Of a DNA stretch of 64,000 nucleotides, positions 37,926-47,995 are shown in pieces. This stretch comes from an uncultured Nitrososphaerota archaeon. Lineage in GTDB: Archaea; Thermoproteota; Nitrososphaeria; Nitrososphaerales; Gagatemarchaeaceae. The stretch lies in the NCBI GenBank assembly GCA_963838925.1, contig CAWISW010000003.1, forward strand, positions 640,001-704,000, given 5' to 3'. A program made the translations under genes and the position numbers. The number at the start of each line of letters is the position of its first letter. Within the stretch, counting starts at the first letter, position 1. The notes under the pieces were generated by a model. That model was not told the DNA's origin, searched no databases, and was given only the letters and a program-made list of their open reading frames with translations.

Positions 37926-38245
37926 ATTCCGCCCTTTTCGTTAACAAACGAACTATTTCCATATAAGTCTTTCCACAATCTGTTCTGGTATCGACATCTG
38001 CGAATGCCATTCACTCACGCCTTGCCGCCTGCGAGGCTCGTTCGTTCATCTCCCTCTGCTGGACGAGTTGCGCATCGAGGGAGACTCGGGTCCATCTTCG
38101 ACTTCCAGTCGAGCCTCGACGGAGACGAGCGACGCAAGAGCATCTAGCTAGTCGCGGACTTGGCCGGAATTCCGGTCTCGCTCCCATCTAGACTTAAGAA
38201 CCAGCCAAGAGGCCCGAGGCCCAACGCGAGGACTGACGCCACAAA

Positions 38246-40745
38246 CTGTCTACCGACAAGTCTCCCAGCAGGGCGAAGAGCAGAAAGTCTGGGGCCACCG
38301 CCTTTTCGAGGCTGGGCGAGCTCGTCGTCAAGAGGCACAGGCTCGTCGTGGTCTTCTGGATAATCGCCCTGGTCGTCCTGATCCCCGCGGTCCTCAACGA
38401 GGGGAACGCGCTCTCCCTCTCGCAGGGCACCACGTCGGGCAACAACCTGGAGTCGGTGCAGGCCTCGAACATCATCTCGGCGCAGTTCGCCAGCTCCGTG
38501 CCCACCAACAGCCTGATCATAGTGGTGACGGCCAAGAACGTCACGACGCCAGCCGTCCAGGACACGATCAACAGCCTCGTGTCCCAGATAGGGGCGGACA
38601 AGAGCCTGGTCGGGGTCCAGAGCGTTACCAGCGTCTACTCGGTCCTGTATCCCGTCTTGAACGGCACGGGAGGACCTGCGCACATGGTCCTGAACCAGAC
38701 GCAGCTCGAGTCCCTCGCCGGGGGCGTCGCGTGGAAGCCCTCGCGCTACTCCCTGGGTCCCCGCCTCGAGTCCGTGGTCTCCTCCTTCGTCTCCCCGAAC
38801 GCCAACACCACGCTGATCTCGGTGAGCGAGAACGAGACCTCCACGGACAACGTCCTCGCGATCCGCTCGATCATCTCCGGGATGGGGCTCTCCAACGGGC
38901 TGACGAGCGCGCCCCCCTCCTCCTCGGGGATCTCAGCGGTCCAGGTGACGGGCGGAGACGCGATCTCGCACGACTTTGGGGGCTCGACGACGAGCGACCT
39001 CGGCATCATCCTCCCCGTCACCATCGCCCTCCTGATAATCGCGACCGGGCTCTTCTTCAGGTCGGTCGTCACGCCCTTCGTGGCGCTCACCAGCATCGGG
39101 GTGGCGCTCGGCATCTCCCAGGTCTTCGTAGTCCTGGCTGGCACGTTCATCGCGAAGGTCGACTTCACCATCCCGACCATCCTCCTCACCATCGTGATAG
39201 GGGTGGGGACCGACTATAGCGTCTTCATCATCTCGAGATATCGGGAGGAGCGGGTGAAGGGCCTCCCGGCGAAGGACGCCATCGTCACGTCGGTGACGTG
39301 GGCGGGGGAGAGCATCACCACGAGCGGGGCCACGGTCATCATCTCGTTCCTCTCGCTCACGTTCACCTCCGTCACCTTCCTCAAGACCATGGGAGTCGTC
39401 GTGGGCCTCGGGGTCCTGCGTGGCCCTCCTGGTCGCCCTCACCCTGGTCCCCGCAGTCGCCACCATGCTCTCCGAGTCCCTCTTCTGGCCCACCTCAGGC
39501 AAGCGGTTCGCAGCCCACTCGAAGGGGGTCCTCTCGAGGCTCCAGAGGCGGTCGGGCTACTTCTCGAAGAGCGGCGCCTTCTCGGTGAAGCACGCAAAGG
39601 CGCTCATGGTGGTCGCGCTGCTGGTCTCGCTCCCCGCCCTCTACGTGTACCTCGGCACAACTCCGACCTACGACTTCCTGGCGGGCGCCCCCAGCAACCT
39701 AGAGTCGGTCAGCGCCTCGAACCACCTCACGTCGGGCTTCGGAGGAGGCAGGCTGAACCCCTCCTACGTCGTGGTCTCCTTCGCCCAGCCGCTCAGGAAC
39801 GGCACCGGGTTCGACGCGTCCGAGATGGGGGTCTTGCAGGACATGTCCAGCTACATCGCCTCGATCCCGGACATCGCCAACGTCACCGGGCCGACCATGC
39901 CCTACGGCCACGCCGTCGACTACTCCTCGGCCTCGATACTGACGGGCACCGACCCCCAGGACGCGCAGACGAGGGCCGCCATGCTGCAGGCAATAGGGAA
40001 GGACAACACCACAGCGCTCATCACGATAAGCTTCAGGATCGACCCCTCGTCCACGAAGGCGCTCGACGACGCCCAGGCTCTCCGCAACTACCTCCACGCC
40101 AACTATGACGGCAAGCCAGGCGTCGTCCAGGTGCTCCTGGGAGGCGCCTCCGGGTCGATAGTGGACACCAGGCAGGTCTCCACCGACCAGTTCAACCTCG
40201 TCGTCCCGCTGGTGGCGGTCGGCGTCGCCCTGATCCTCTTCATCGTGCTCGACTCCCTCGTGCTACCGATCTTCGCGCTCATCTCCGTCCTGATGAGCAT
40301 CATCTGGACGCTGGCGCTGACCGAGGTCGTCTTCAAGGGGCTCTACAACTACGACCTCCTCTTCATCACGCCCCTGTTCCTTTTCGTGACCCTTCTCGGG
40401 CTGGGGATGGACTACAACATCTTCATTCTCACGAGGGTCCGCGAGGAGAGCCGCAAGGACAGGAACAGGAACGAGGCCGTCATCCGGGCCATCGAGAACA
40501 CGGGGGGCGTGATCTCCGCGGCCGCGGTCATACTCGCCGGCTCCCTCGGAGCCCTGATGCTCTCGGGCGACCTCCTCCTCAAGCAGATAGGGTTCGCGTT
40601 CTCGTTCTCCATCCTGGTGGACGCGCTCTTCGTCCGCACCTACCTCGTCCCCGCCGTGATGTCCTTCCTCGGGAAGTGGAACTGGTACAACCCCGTGCCG
40701 GTGCTCAAGAGGTCCCGGGAGCTGTACAAGGACACCGACGCCTGA
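38246..40745 (+). CDS. MMPL/RND family transporter, frameshifted near 39418 (probable CTG start)
   Basis: GVGTDYSVFIISRYREE in frame 1; GLGMDYNIFILTRVREE, DALFVRTYLVPAVM in frame 2; junction GGGGTCCTGCGTGGCC has one extra base. Confidence 0.88.
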
Positions 40746-40763
40746 ACGGCCAACGATGCAGAA

Positions 40764-41543
40764 TCAGGTCTGGGGGATCGGCTTCGCCGGCTGGACTTCG
40801 CTCGGGCGGAACTCCTTCATGAGCCTCTCGCAGACCGTGCAGACCGAGACCTCCCTGGGGAAGTCCTTGAACTTCACCGACCTCAGCTTCCAGATCGGCC
40901 TCCGCTTGCTCGCGGACATCCTCGCCTTCTCGCGCGCCTCGAGCTGGAGGTCGTAGTAGAACACGCCCGCGTCCCTGAGGTAGTCGATGCCGTCGACGAG
41001 CTTCAGGCCGCTGAGCCTCGCGATGTAGCCTAGCCTCTGGTACTCCACGTCGTGGAGGTCCTGCTCCCTCTTCAGCTTCCGGTTCGTCACCTTCTCGAAC
41101 TCGTTCAGCCTGGCTGCTATCGAGGCGCGCTGCGACTCGTCAGCGGTGATCCCGCTTATGCGGATGGGGGCGCCCTTCCTCACCGCGTAAGAGACCTCGT
41201 CCAGCTCCCGGATGGTGTTGCGCCCCTCCTCGAGGAGGTTCGAGAGGAACTGCATGGACTTGAACTGGTCGGCGTTCTGGAGGACGAACGCCAGGTCGAA
41301 CTCCTTGAAGGCGTCCTGTATCCCCTCCTTCCACTTGGCCGAGTTCGCGACGAGGGCGTCCCTCGCTGCCTTGGTGGCGGCTATCTCCTGGGAGATCTTC
41401 ACCTCGTCCTCGGTGTCGCCGCTGAGCGCCGAGCCGATCTCGCTCGACGTCCTCCGGCATATCCAGCACGTAGCGTCAGGTGAGGCCGTCTCGACGGCTG
41501 TTGCTTCCTTCGGCATTTTGGGCTCGCCTTGGCCGTAGGACAT
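40764..41543 (-). CDS. Helical protein with split CxxC pairs at the N- and C-termini
   Basis: CWICRR near start, VCTVCE near end, coiled-coil-like middle. Confidence 0.78.
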   Translation of the reverse strand: MSYGQGEPKMPKEATAVETASPDATCWICRRTSSEIGSALSGDTEDEVKISQEIAATKAARDALVANSAKWKEGIQDAFKEFDLAFVLQNADQFKSMQFLSNLLEEGRNTIRELDEVSYAVRKGAPIRISGITADESQRASIAARLNEFEKVTNRKLKREQDLHDVEYQRLGYIARLSGLKLVDGIDYLRDAGVFYYDLQLEAREKARMSASKRRPIWKLRSVKFKDFPREVSVCTVCERLMKEFRPSEVQPAKPIPQT

Positions 41544-41637
41544 GGTGAGATAAGCGTTGTATCTCCCCCAAGCCAGCGGGGAGGCGACAGAAAGCGCTAC
41601 TAATCACCGGCCCTGCGCCGGTGGGGCTGCGAGCCAG

Positions 41638-41949
41638 TTGACAATCACGGTACACGTCGCCGGTCACCTGAGGGACCTCACAGGCAAGTCCGTGGACCTC
41701 GAGCTGGAAAGCGCGAGGGATGTCCTCGACGTTATCGAGCAGCTCGACGTCAGGATACCCAGCATCAAGGACAGGGTCCTCGACGAGCACGACAAGACGA
41801 GGCGCTTCATCAACATCTACGTCAACGACGAGGACGTCAGGGGGCTCGAGGGGGAGGCGACGAAGACCAAGGATGGAGACGTTATCTACATCCTCCCCTC
41901 GGTAGCTGGTGGGAAGGACAGGTTGTCACCCGGGGAAAAGGAAGCATGA
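41638..41949 (+). CDS. MoaD/ThiS/SAMP ubiquitin-like protein with C-terminal extension
   Basis: FINIYVNDEDVR...DGDVIYILPSVAGG followed by KDRLSPGEKEA. Confidence 0.9.
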   Translation: MTITVHVAGHLRDLTGKSVDLELESARDVLDVIEQLDVRIPSIKDRVLDEHDKTRRFINIYVNDEDVRGLEGEATKTKDGDVIYILPSVAGGKDRLSPGEKEA

Positions 41950-43025
41950 AGCCGCGGAGCCTGGTCATGGTCGGGACGAAGAAGGGGGCGTTCGTCTTCG
42001 AGTCGCTCGACGGCAGGAGGACCTGGAAGTCGACGGGCCCCCACTTCAAGGGCGTCCCGATCTACCACGTCACCCTCGACCCCCGGACCAAGGTCATGTT
42101 CGCGACCGTCAACAGCGACTTCCAGGGCCCGAGGCTCGCAAGGAGCCGGGACAACGGCCGCACTTGGAAGGAGATGAAGAAGCCGCCAAGGTTCGCGAAG
42201 GCCTCGGACTGGACCGTCAAGCAGCTCTGGCACGTCGAGCCGGGTGTCGAGGAGGAGCCCGACGTCCTCTACTGCGGCGTCAACCCCGCGGCCCTCTTCA
42301 AGAGCGACGACGGAGGCGAGACCTGGGCGCTGAACCAGGGGCTCTACGGGCAAGAGACCAGGCCGAAGTGGAACCCGGGCGCGGGAGGGCTCTGCCTCCA
42401 CACCATCCTGGTGGACCCGAGGGACCCGGACACCTTGCTGATCGCCATCTCCGCGGTGGGGATACTCAAGAGCACCGACGGCGGGGAGTCGTGGTCGTTC
42501 AAGAACAACAACCTCCGCGCGGACTTTTCGCCCAACAAGTACCCGGAATACGGGCAGTGCCCGCACCACCTCGTCCGCCACCCCTCGCGGCCCGACGTGA
42601 TCTACCAGCAGAACCACTGCGGCCAGTACAGGAGCCAAGACAACGGCGAGACCTGGAAGGAGATGGTCGGCAACCTGCCTTCGCGCTTCGGCTTCCCGGT
42701 CGCGGTCGACTACAACGACCCCAAGAGGGTCTACGTCGCCCCCGAGGAGTCGGGCGATGCCCGCCTGCCCCCTGACGGAAGGTTCCTCGTCTGGGCCTCC
42801 GACGACGAGGGCAGGAGTTGGACCTCGCAGGGAAATGGCCTCCCAAGGCGCTCGTACTTCACCATCTTCAGGGAGGGCATGGACACCGACGAGGAGGACC
42901 CCTCCGGCGTCTACGCTGGGACGGGTAACGGGCAGCTCTTCTTCAGCAGGAACGCGGGGAAGAGGTGGACCCTCATCGCCGACGGCCTTCCGCCGATCCT
43001 CTCAGTCAACGCGGCTAGCGCCTGA
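41946..43025 (+). CDS. BNR/Asp-box beta-propeller (sialidase-like) protein
   Basis: Repeated SxDxGxTW; GGLCLHTI, GQCPHH, QQNHCG; ATGA overlap with the Ubl gene. Confidence 0.9.
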   Translation: MKPRSLVMVGTKKGAFVFESLDGRRTWKSTGPHFKGVPIYHVTLDPRTKVMFATVNSDFQGPRLARSRDNGRTWKEMKKPPRFAKASDWTVKQLWHVEPGVEEEPDVLYCGVNPAALFKSDDGGETWALNQGLYGQETRPKWNPGAGGLCLHTILVDPRDPDTLLIAISAVGILKSTDGGESWSFKNNNLRADFSPNKYPEYGQCPHHLVRHPSRPDVIYQQNHCGQYRSQDNGETWKEMVGNLPSRFGFPVAVDYNDPKRVYVAPEESGDARLPPDGRFLVWASDDEGRSWTSQGNGLPRRSYFTIFREGMDTDEEDPSGVYAGTGNGQLFFSRNAGKRWTLIADGLPPILSVNAASA

Positions 43026-43077
43026 GGGCTTGCACCACCGGCAACGTTTATCCGTAGAAAGCGCCCTGGTGAGAAAG

Positions 43078-44238
43078 TTGGCGAAGAAGGCGCACGCCAG
43101 GCACATCCTCCCTGCCCTCATGCTCTCGCTCTTCTTGCTCTCCATGATCGTCGGGCCTGCGTTCGCAGACGCCTCCTCGACCAAGGCCGGGCCGTCGGCT
43201 GCCGCCGACCCTCCGAGGCAGGTCGCGGTGGGGGTCTACGTCAACGACATCGGCACCTTCGACCTGACCACCGGGTCTTTCGACGCGGACTTTTACCTGT
43301 GGTTCCGATGGCAGGGGAACTGGACGGTCGGGAACGACAACGCCACAGTGACGTCGATGATCGCCACCGCCCAGGCCGCAACGACGGGCAGCCTGTCAGG
43401 GCTGGCCCCGCTCTCCTTCCCCTACCACTTTGAGTTCATGAACAGCGAAGGCCCGACCCGGACCCTCATCTCCGCGCAGCCAAGGTACAACGGGACGTCA
43501 TACAACTTCCTGCAGTACAGGATCAGGGGGACGTTCCACGTTCCGGTCGAGCTCAGCGAGTACCCGCTCGACGAGCAGACGCTCTCCATCCAGATGGAGG
43601 ACAGCTTCTACGCGAACACCACGCTGGTCTACGTCCCGGACTCCGGGAGCGTGCTCGACCCGAGCGTCACGACGAGGGGGTCGATACCCGGCCTGAACTT
43701 TGTCACAGGGTCGTTCCAGACAGCCGTGGTAAGCCATGAGTATGACACGGCCTTCGGCTATCAGGTCGTCCCAGGCGGCAACACGACGAGCGACTACTCA
43801 AGGTACATCGCCCAGTTCACCCTCAGCAGGCCCTTTGCTGCCTCGGTCACATCGCTCCTCCTGCCCGTAGGGATAATCATCGCGCTGGCGGTCGTGTGCT
43901 TCTTCATCGACGCCGAGAAGTTCGAGGAGAGGCTGGCCCTCCTGGTGACGGCCGTCCTGACGGCCGTCCTGCTCCAGGTCAACTTCGCCTCCACCGTGCC
44001 TTCCGAAGGGCAGTTCACGCTCGCAGACAGGGTCATGCTCGTCGTCTACGCGGTCCTCGCAGTGGGCGTGCTTGTCGCGGTCCTCGAGAAGAGGATAAAG
44101 AGAGAGCAGCACCCGGAGACGATCCTGTGGCTCGACAGGTTCACCCTCGTCATCATACCGGTGGCGACGGTCGTGGCTCTGGTGTTCCTGATCTCGCCGG
44201 CGTGCGCGCACAGGACGTGCCAGCTGCTGACCGGCTGA
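43078..44238 (+). CDS. Prokaryotic pentameric ligand-gated ion channel (Pro-loop receptor, GLIC/ELIC-like)
   Basis: Signal peptide; VAVGVYVNDI, FDADFYLWFRW, YPLDEQTL, LLPVGII, EERLALLVTAVLT, FTLAD; 4 TM helices. Confidence 0.87.
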   Translation: MAKKAHARHILPALMLSLFLLSMIVGPAFADASSTKAGPSAAADPPRQVAVGVYVNDIGTFDLTTGSFDADFYLWFRWQGNWTVGNDNATVTSMIATAQAATTGSLSGLAPLSFPYHFEFMNSEGPTRTLISAQPRYNGTSYNFLQYRIRGTFHVPVELSEYPLDEQTLSIQMEDSFYANTTLVYVPDSGSVLDPSVTTRGSIPGLNFVTGSFQTAVVSHEYDTAFGYQVVPGGNTTSDYSRYIAQFTLSRPFAASVTSLLLPVGIIIALAVVCFFIDAEKFEERLALLVTAVLTAVLLQVNFASTVPSEGQFTLADRVMLVVYAVLAVGVLVAVLEKRIKREQHPETILWLDRFTLVIIPVATVVALVFLISPACAHRTCQLLTG

Positions 44239-44298
44239 AGCGGCGGGGCCTCGGAGAGCTTTAACGCCGCCCGTCGCTAGGAGGGGCGGGCACCAGCG

Positions 44299-44511
44299 TT
44301 GGCCAACGTCAAGATTCGGCACAGCAGGCTCTCTCGCAACTCGAGCCTAGGCATGATCGGGCTCGGGGTGATCACGTTCCTGTTCGTCAGCGCAGGCGTC
44401 GGAATAATCCTGATGATCGTGGGGCTCGTCATGTTCTGGTTCTACCGCCGCCAGACGAGGGCCGCGGTCTCGGAGAGCGGGCCCAAGGTCGAGAAGGGCG
44501 CAGCCCTCTAG
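44299..44511 (+). CDS. Small two-TM membrane protein
   Basis: 70 aa hydrophobic hairpin; CTTTAA box upstream. Confidence 0.65.
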   Translation: MANVKIRHSRLSRNSSLGMIGLGVITFLFVSAGVGIILMIVGLVMFWFYRRQTRAAVSESGPKVEKGAAL

Positions 44512-44512
44512 C

Positions 44513-45547
44513 TTAGATGTTCTTTCCTGACCTTTCGTGGAGCCGCCAGATCTCGTCGTTGGGCGGCCCCTTCACCACTTCCGCCTTTCCGCCCCTGGTC
44601 AGGACGACCTTCCCCTTCCTGAAGCGCCCGATGGTCGCGATGCTCGAGCCGACGGAGGCGGTCGCCTCTGAGACCCGCTCCTCTTTCCCCCTCTCTACGG
44701 CTACGATGAGCGTCCCCGAGCTGATGAGCTTCAATGGGTCTACCCCGAGCACTGAGCGTACCTTGCGCGTCTCCCTCGCGACAGGGATGTCCTCCTCGTC
44801 GACCTCGAGCCCGAGCCCTGACGCCGTCGCCATCTCGTAGAGGGCCCCGAGGACTCCTCCCTCGGTGCAGTCGTGCATCGCGTGGACCGCGCCCGTCCCG
44901 TACGCGCTCACGGCCTCGTCCACAACGCTGAGCTTCTCGAAGAACTTCCTCGCCGCCGCCACCGTCCCCGCGTCGAGCCTCTTGTTGAAGCGGCCGTCGG
45001 CCCCGATTATCGCGGTCCCCTCCACCCCCGCGGTCTTCGTCATCATCAGGGAGTCGCCCTCTCGCGCGCCCGCCGCGGTCACGTACGCGTCAACCACCGC
45101 GAACGCGGTCGTCACCACTATGGGCCTGTCGAGGCCGGGCGTGAGCTCCGTGTGGCCCCCGACGATGGTGATGCCGAGCCCCTTGGCCGTCCTGTGCATG
45201 TCGGTCGCGATGCGCTCGACGTCCCCCTCCGTCGCGCCCTCGGGCAGCAGGATTATCGACTGCATGAACTCGGGCCTGTTCCCGCTCGTCGCGACGTCGT
45301 TGGCGCTAACGTTCACGGCGTACCACCCCGCCCTCTCGCGCACGCCGGTGATCGGGTCTGACGAGACGATGAGGTACCTGCCCCTGGACTTGGGCCCGCC
45401 CAGCCTCACCACCCCGAAGTCCAGGCCCAGCGAGGGCTCAACGACGACCCTCTTGGAAGACGCGCCAGTCATCCCGAAGAGGTACCTCGCCATCACGTCG
45501 GGCGGGAGCTTCCCCAGCGAGAGCCTCCCCTGCTTTTCCTTCTTCAA
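44513..45547 (-). CDS. AIR synthase/HypE-like (PurM superfamily) protein
   Basis: GKLPP, SSDPITG, ANDVATSG, VGGHTE, AMHDCTEGG, DPLKLISSG. Confidence 0.92.
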   Translation of the reverse strand: MKKEKQGRLSLGKLPPDVMARYLFGMTGASSKRVVVEPSLGLDFGVVRLGGPKSRGRYLIVSSDPITGVRERAGWYAVNVSANDVATSGNRPEFMQSIILLPEGATEGDVERIATDMHRTAKGLGITIVGGHTELTPGLDRPIVVTTAFAVVDAYVTAAGAREGDSLMMTKTAGVEGTAIIGADGRFNKRLDAGTVAAARKFFEKLSVVDEAVSAYGTGAVHAMHDCTEGGVLGALYEMATASGLGLEVDEEDIPVARETRKVRSVLGVDPLKLISSGTLIVAVERGKEERVSEATASVGSSIATIGRFRKGKVVLTRGGKAEVVKGPPNDEIWRLHERSGKNI

Positions 45548-45568
45548 GTCTAAAGACGACGAAGGGGC

Positions 45569-45934
45569 TTACTGCCCCTTCTGCTGCTCCTTCAGCCACT
45601 TCGCCGCGGCGCTGTAGACCGGGTTGTTGCTCAGGTCTATGACGGGGATGATCACGCTCGTCTCCTTGTAGGTGAGGCTCGGCTTGTACTCTAGCATCTC
45701 CGAGTACCCCACCCATAGCCAGTGGACGCGCCCGTCGAGGTTCTCCTTCGTTATCATCTCGTTCTGGGGGAAGGTCTCCCTCCACATCACCAGCCCCTCA
45801 GCCCACTGGAAGTTGGGCGCGATGCTCCCGACCTGCATCCCGGTGCACCTGAGCCTGATCATGTCGTCGAGCGCGAAGCGCTGGTGCTCGTGGACGATGA
45901 GGTCCTCGTAGGGCTTGAACGTGATCTTGACCAA
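45569..45934 (-). CDS. Conserved archaeal hypothetical protein
   Basis: KPYEDLIVHE, WAEGLV, IPVIDLSNNPVY. Confidence 0.8.
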   Translation of the reverse strand: MVKITFKPYEDLIVHEHQRFALDDMIRLRCTGMQVGSIAPNFQWAEGLVMWRETFPQNEMITKENLDGRVHWLWVGYSEMLEYKPSLTYKETSVIIPVIDLSNNPVYSAAAKWLKEQQKGQ

Positions 45935-45975
45935 TACGGACGGGACGCTCCGGGCGCCCGGCGCTTTTAACCTTC

Positions 45976-46386
45976 TCAGCCTTCGAGAAGGGAGCGGTGC
46001 AGAAGTATGGGCGCATCGTAGAAGAGCGCTATCGCGATCGCGTCCGAGGCCCTGTAGCCGCGGAGCAGCATCTCCTTGCCCCTCCCGACGAACTGGAGGT
46101 CAGACCTCAGGACGCTCCCCGACGGGTACACCTCGATCCCGGCGAGGTGGAGCCCCTCCTTCTCGGCGAACTCCTCGATCATGTTGTAGACCGAGGGTAT
46201 CGAAGAGCGGTCTCCCTTGTCGAACCGCGACATGTGCATGGCGGTCTCCCCGGAGAACGCTCGCATAGTGAAGCTCTCGTCGGTCTGGGCCTTTAGCAGC
46301 ACCAGCCCCTCGAGCCCGTCCTCGTCGGCGAACCCCACCTCGGCGACCTTGACGACGACGAAATCGGTGACCTTCGTCTCTGCCAT
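45976..46386 (-). CDS. Bifunctional nuclease (DUF151) domain protein
   Basis: RASDAIAIALFYDAPILL C-terminal motif. Confidence 0.82.
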   Translation of the reverse strand: MAETKVTDFVVVKVAEVGFADEDGLEGLVLLKAQTDESFTMRAFSGETAMHMSRFDKGDRSSIPSVYNMIEEFAEKEGLHLAGIEVYPSGSVLRSDLQFVGRGKEMLLRGYRASDAIAIALFYDAPILLHRSLLEG

Positions 46387-46422
46387 GCCGGGCTAAATGT
46401 GCGAGGCCTTCTAGATAAATCC

Positions 46423-46755
46423 TTACGGCGAAGGCGGTATCTCTTTCTTCAGCGCCTTGATCGTCTCCTCCGTCATCGAAAGGCCCTCGCGCACTCCCGC
46501 CGTCCCGCCGTACTTGATCCCAACCGTGATCATGTTGACGTACGCCTGGAGCTCCTTCATCTTTGGCATCGTCTCGGGCCTCTCGCGCGCCAGCCTGCCC
46601 ACCTCGTTGTTGAGCGCGAATATGTCCTCGAAGGACTGGTCCTTCGCAGCCTCGTCGCCGGCGATGGCCATCTCTGCCGACGACCTGACCTTGGAGAACG
46701 CGGCCTCTATCCCGTCGACGCTACTTCTCATGCGATACGCCCGATGACGGACCAC
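46423..46755 (-). CDS. Hypothetical helical protein
   Basis: About 100-110 aa, co-oriented in the cluster. Confidence 0.6.
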   Translation of the reverse strand: MVRHRAYRMRSSVDGIEAAFSKVRSSAEMAIAGDEAAKDQSFEDIFALNNEVGRLARERPETMPKMKELQAYVNMITVGIKYGGTAGVREGLSMTEETIKALKKEIPPSP

Positions 46756-46791
46756 CCAGGGGAGCGCGAACGCCCCGACCTCCTCGCTTCC

Positions 46792-47133
46792 TCACTTTGC
46801 TTGCTGAGGCTGCTGGGGCTGCGGCTGGGCCTGGGGCTTGTTGACCTGCTTGTTGACGGCGTCGGCAAGGTAGTGTCCCTTGACGGTGACCTTGACGTCC
46901 TTGACGCCCTTGACCTGCTGGGCGTAGTTCTTCATGTCCTGCGATATCTTGAGGGCGAATATGGGCGGGCAGTAGGGAGTGGTCGCGTGGTACTCGATGT
47001 TGACGTTCCCGTCCTGGACCTCCAGCTTGTCGATGAGGTTCATCTCGACGATGGGCATCCCGATCTCCGGGTCCACGACCTTCGCGAGCTGGCGCTGCAC
47101 CTCCTTCAGGTCTACCTCTTCGACTGCTGACAT
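46792..47133 (-). CDS. DUF59/SufT (MIP18) Fe-S cluster assembly protein
   Basis: VVDPEIGMPIVEMNLI, TTPYCP. Confidence 0.92.
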   Translation of the reverse strand: MSAVEEVDLKEVQRQLAKVVDPEIGMPIVEMNLIDKLEVQDGNVNIEYHATTPYCPPIFALKISQDMKNYAQQVKGVKDVKVTVKGHYLADAVNKQVNKPQAQPQPQQPQQAK

Positions 47134-47184
47134 AACAGGAAAGAAGCCCTTTCGGAGTTATTTAGAGCTTTGCGGAGGTCGGGC

Positions 47185-47934
47185 CTACCCGTAGATGCCG
47201 CCGCGCTCGCGCCTCACCTCAGGGAGGCCCTCCTGCGGCCCCTCGCGCTCCATCTCCTTCGCGCGTGCCACGAGCTCCTTCAGGTCGAGGTGCAGGCCGA
47301 GCATCTCCGAGAGGACGCCGATGATGGTGATCAGCGACTTTGGGTGCGGGCTGGGCTCGCCGTGGTCCACGCCTAGCTTGAACCCCCTCATCCCGTACTC
47401 CTCTGCCATCCCGACGAGCAGGTTCGGGAAGAACGGGCCCGGCTCGCTCTTCGTTATCGTCACTCCGAGCCCCTGAAGCTCGGTGATGCCTGCCGCGTCG
47501 GAGGCGAAGCCCACCGCCTTCAGGAGCGAGCCGGCGGGGACCGGCGACTCCGACCACCTCGCGCCGATGGAGACCATCTCCTTCGCCCCCAGCTGGCGCG
47601 CGAAGGAGAGTATGCTGTTGGCGTACTCCTGCTGGTAGTCGAAGGGGGACCCGTCGCCCGCGACCATGATTATCCGCTTCCTCCCGGCGAACGAGTAGAA
47701 TGAGTTCGAGTTGAGGCGCGCGACGCCGTCGGGCTCTATCGCGACCGCGGGAGGGAGCGCAGACGAGTAGAGCGTCGCGAACTTCTTGAACCCGACCTTC
47801 TGCATGAGGAACTTCGAGAGCTCCCTAGCGTGAGAATAGAGGGGCATGTACTGGGGAGCCATCGTGGACAGCGAGACGAGGAGGACGGACTCCTCCGCGG
47901 CGGGCATCTCGTCTACCTCTAGCCTTTCCCACAT
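47185..47934 (-). CDS. PAC2 family proteasome assembly chaperone
   Basis: LYSSALPPAVAI, IMVAGDG, LGAKEMVSIG, PHPKS, LDLKELVARAKEME. Confidence 0.82.
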   Translation of the reverse strand: MWERLEVDEMPAAEESVLLVSLSTMAPQYMPLYSHARELSKFLMQKVGFKKFATLYSSALPPAVAIEPDGVARLNSNSFYSFAGRKRIIMVAGDGSPFDYQQEYANSILSFARQLGAKEMVSIGARWSESPVPAGSLLKAVGFASDAAGITELQGLGVTITKSEPGPFFPNLLVGMAEEYGMRGFKLGVDHGEPSPHPKSLITIIGVLSEMLGLHLDLKELVARAKEMEREGPQEGLPEVRRERGGIYG

Positions 47935-47995
47935 CTGGAGAACTACGGACGGACGAGCGCCGCGTCGGATAAAAGAGCATCGTTGCGAGACGGCT

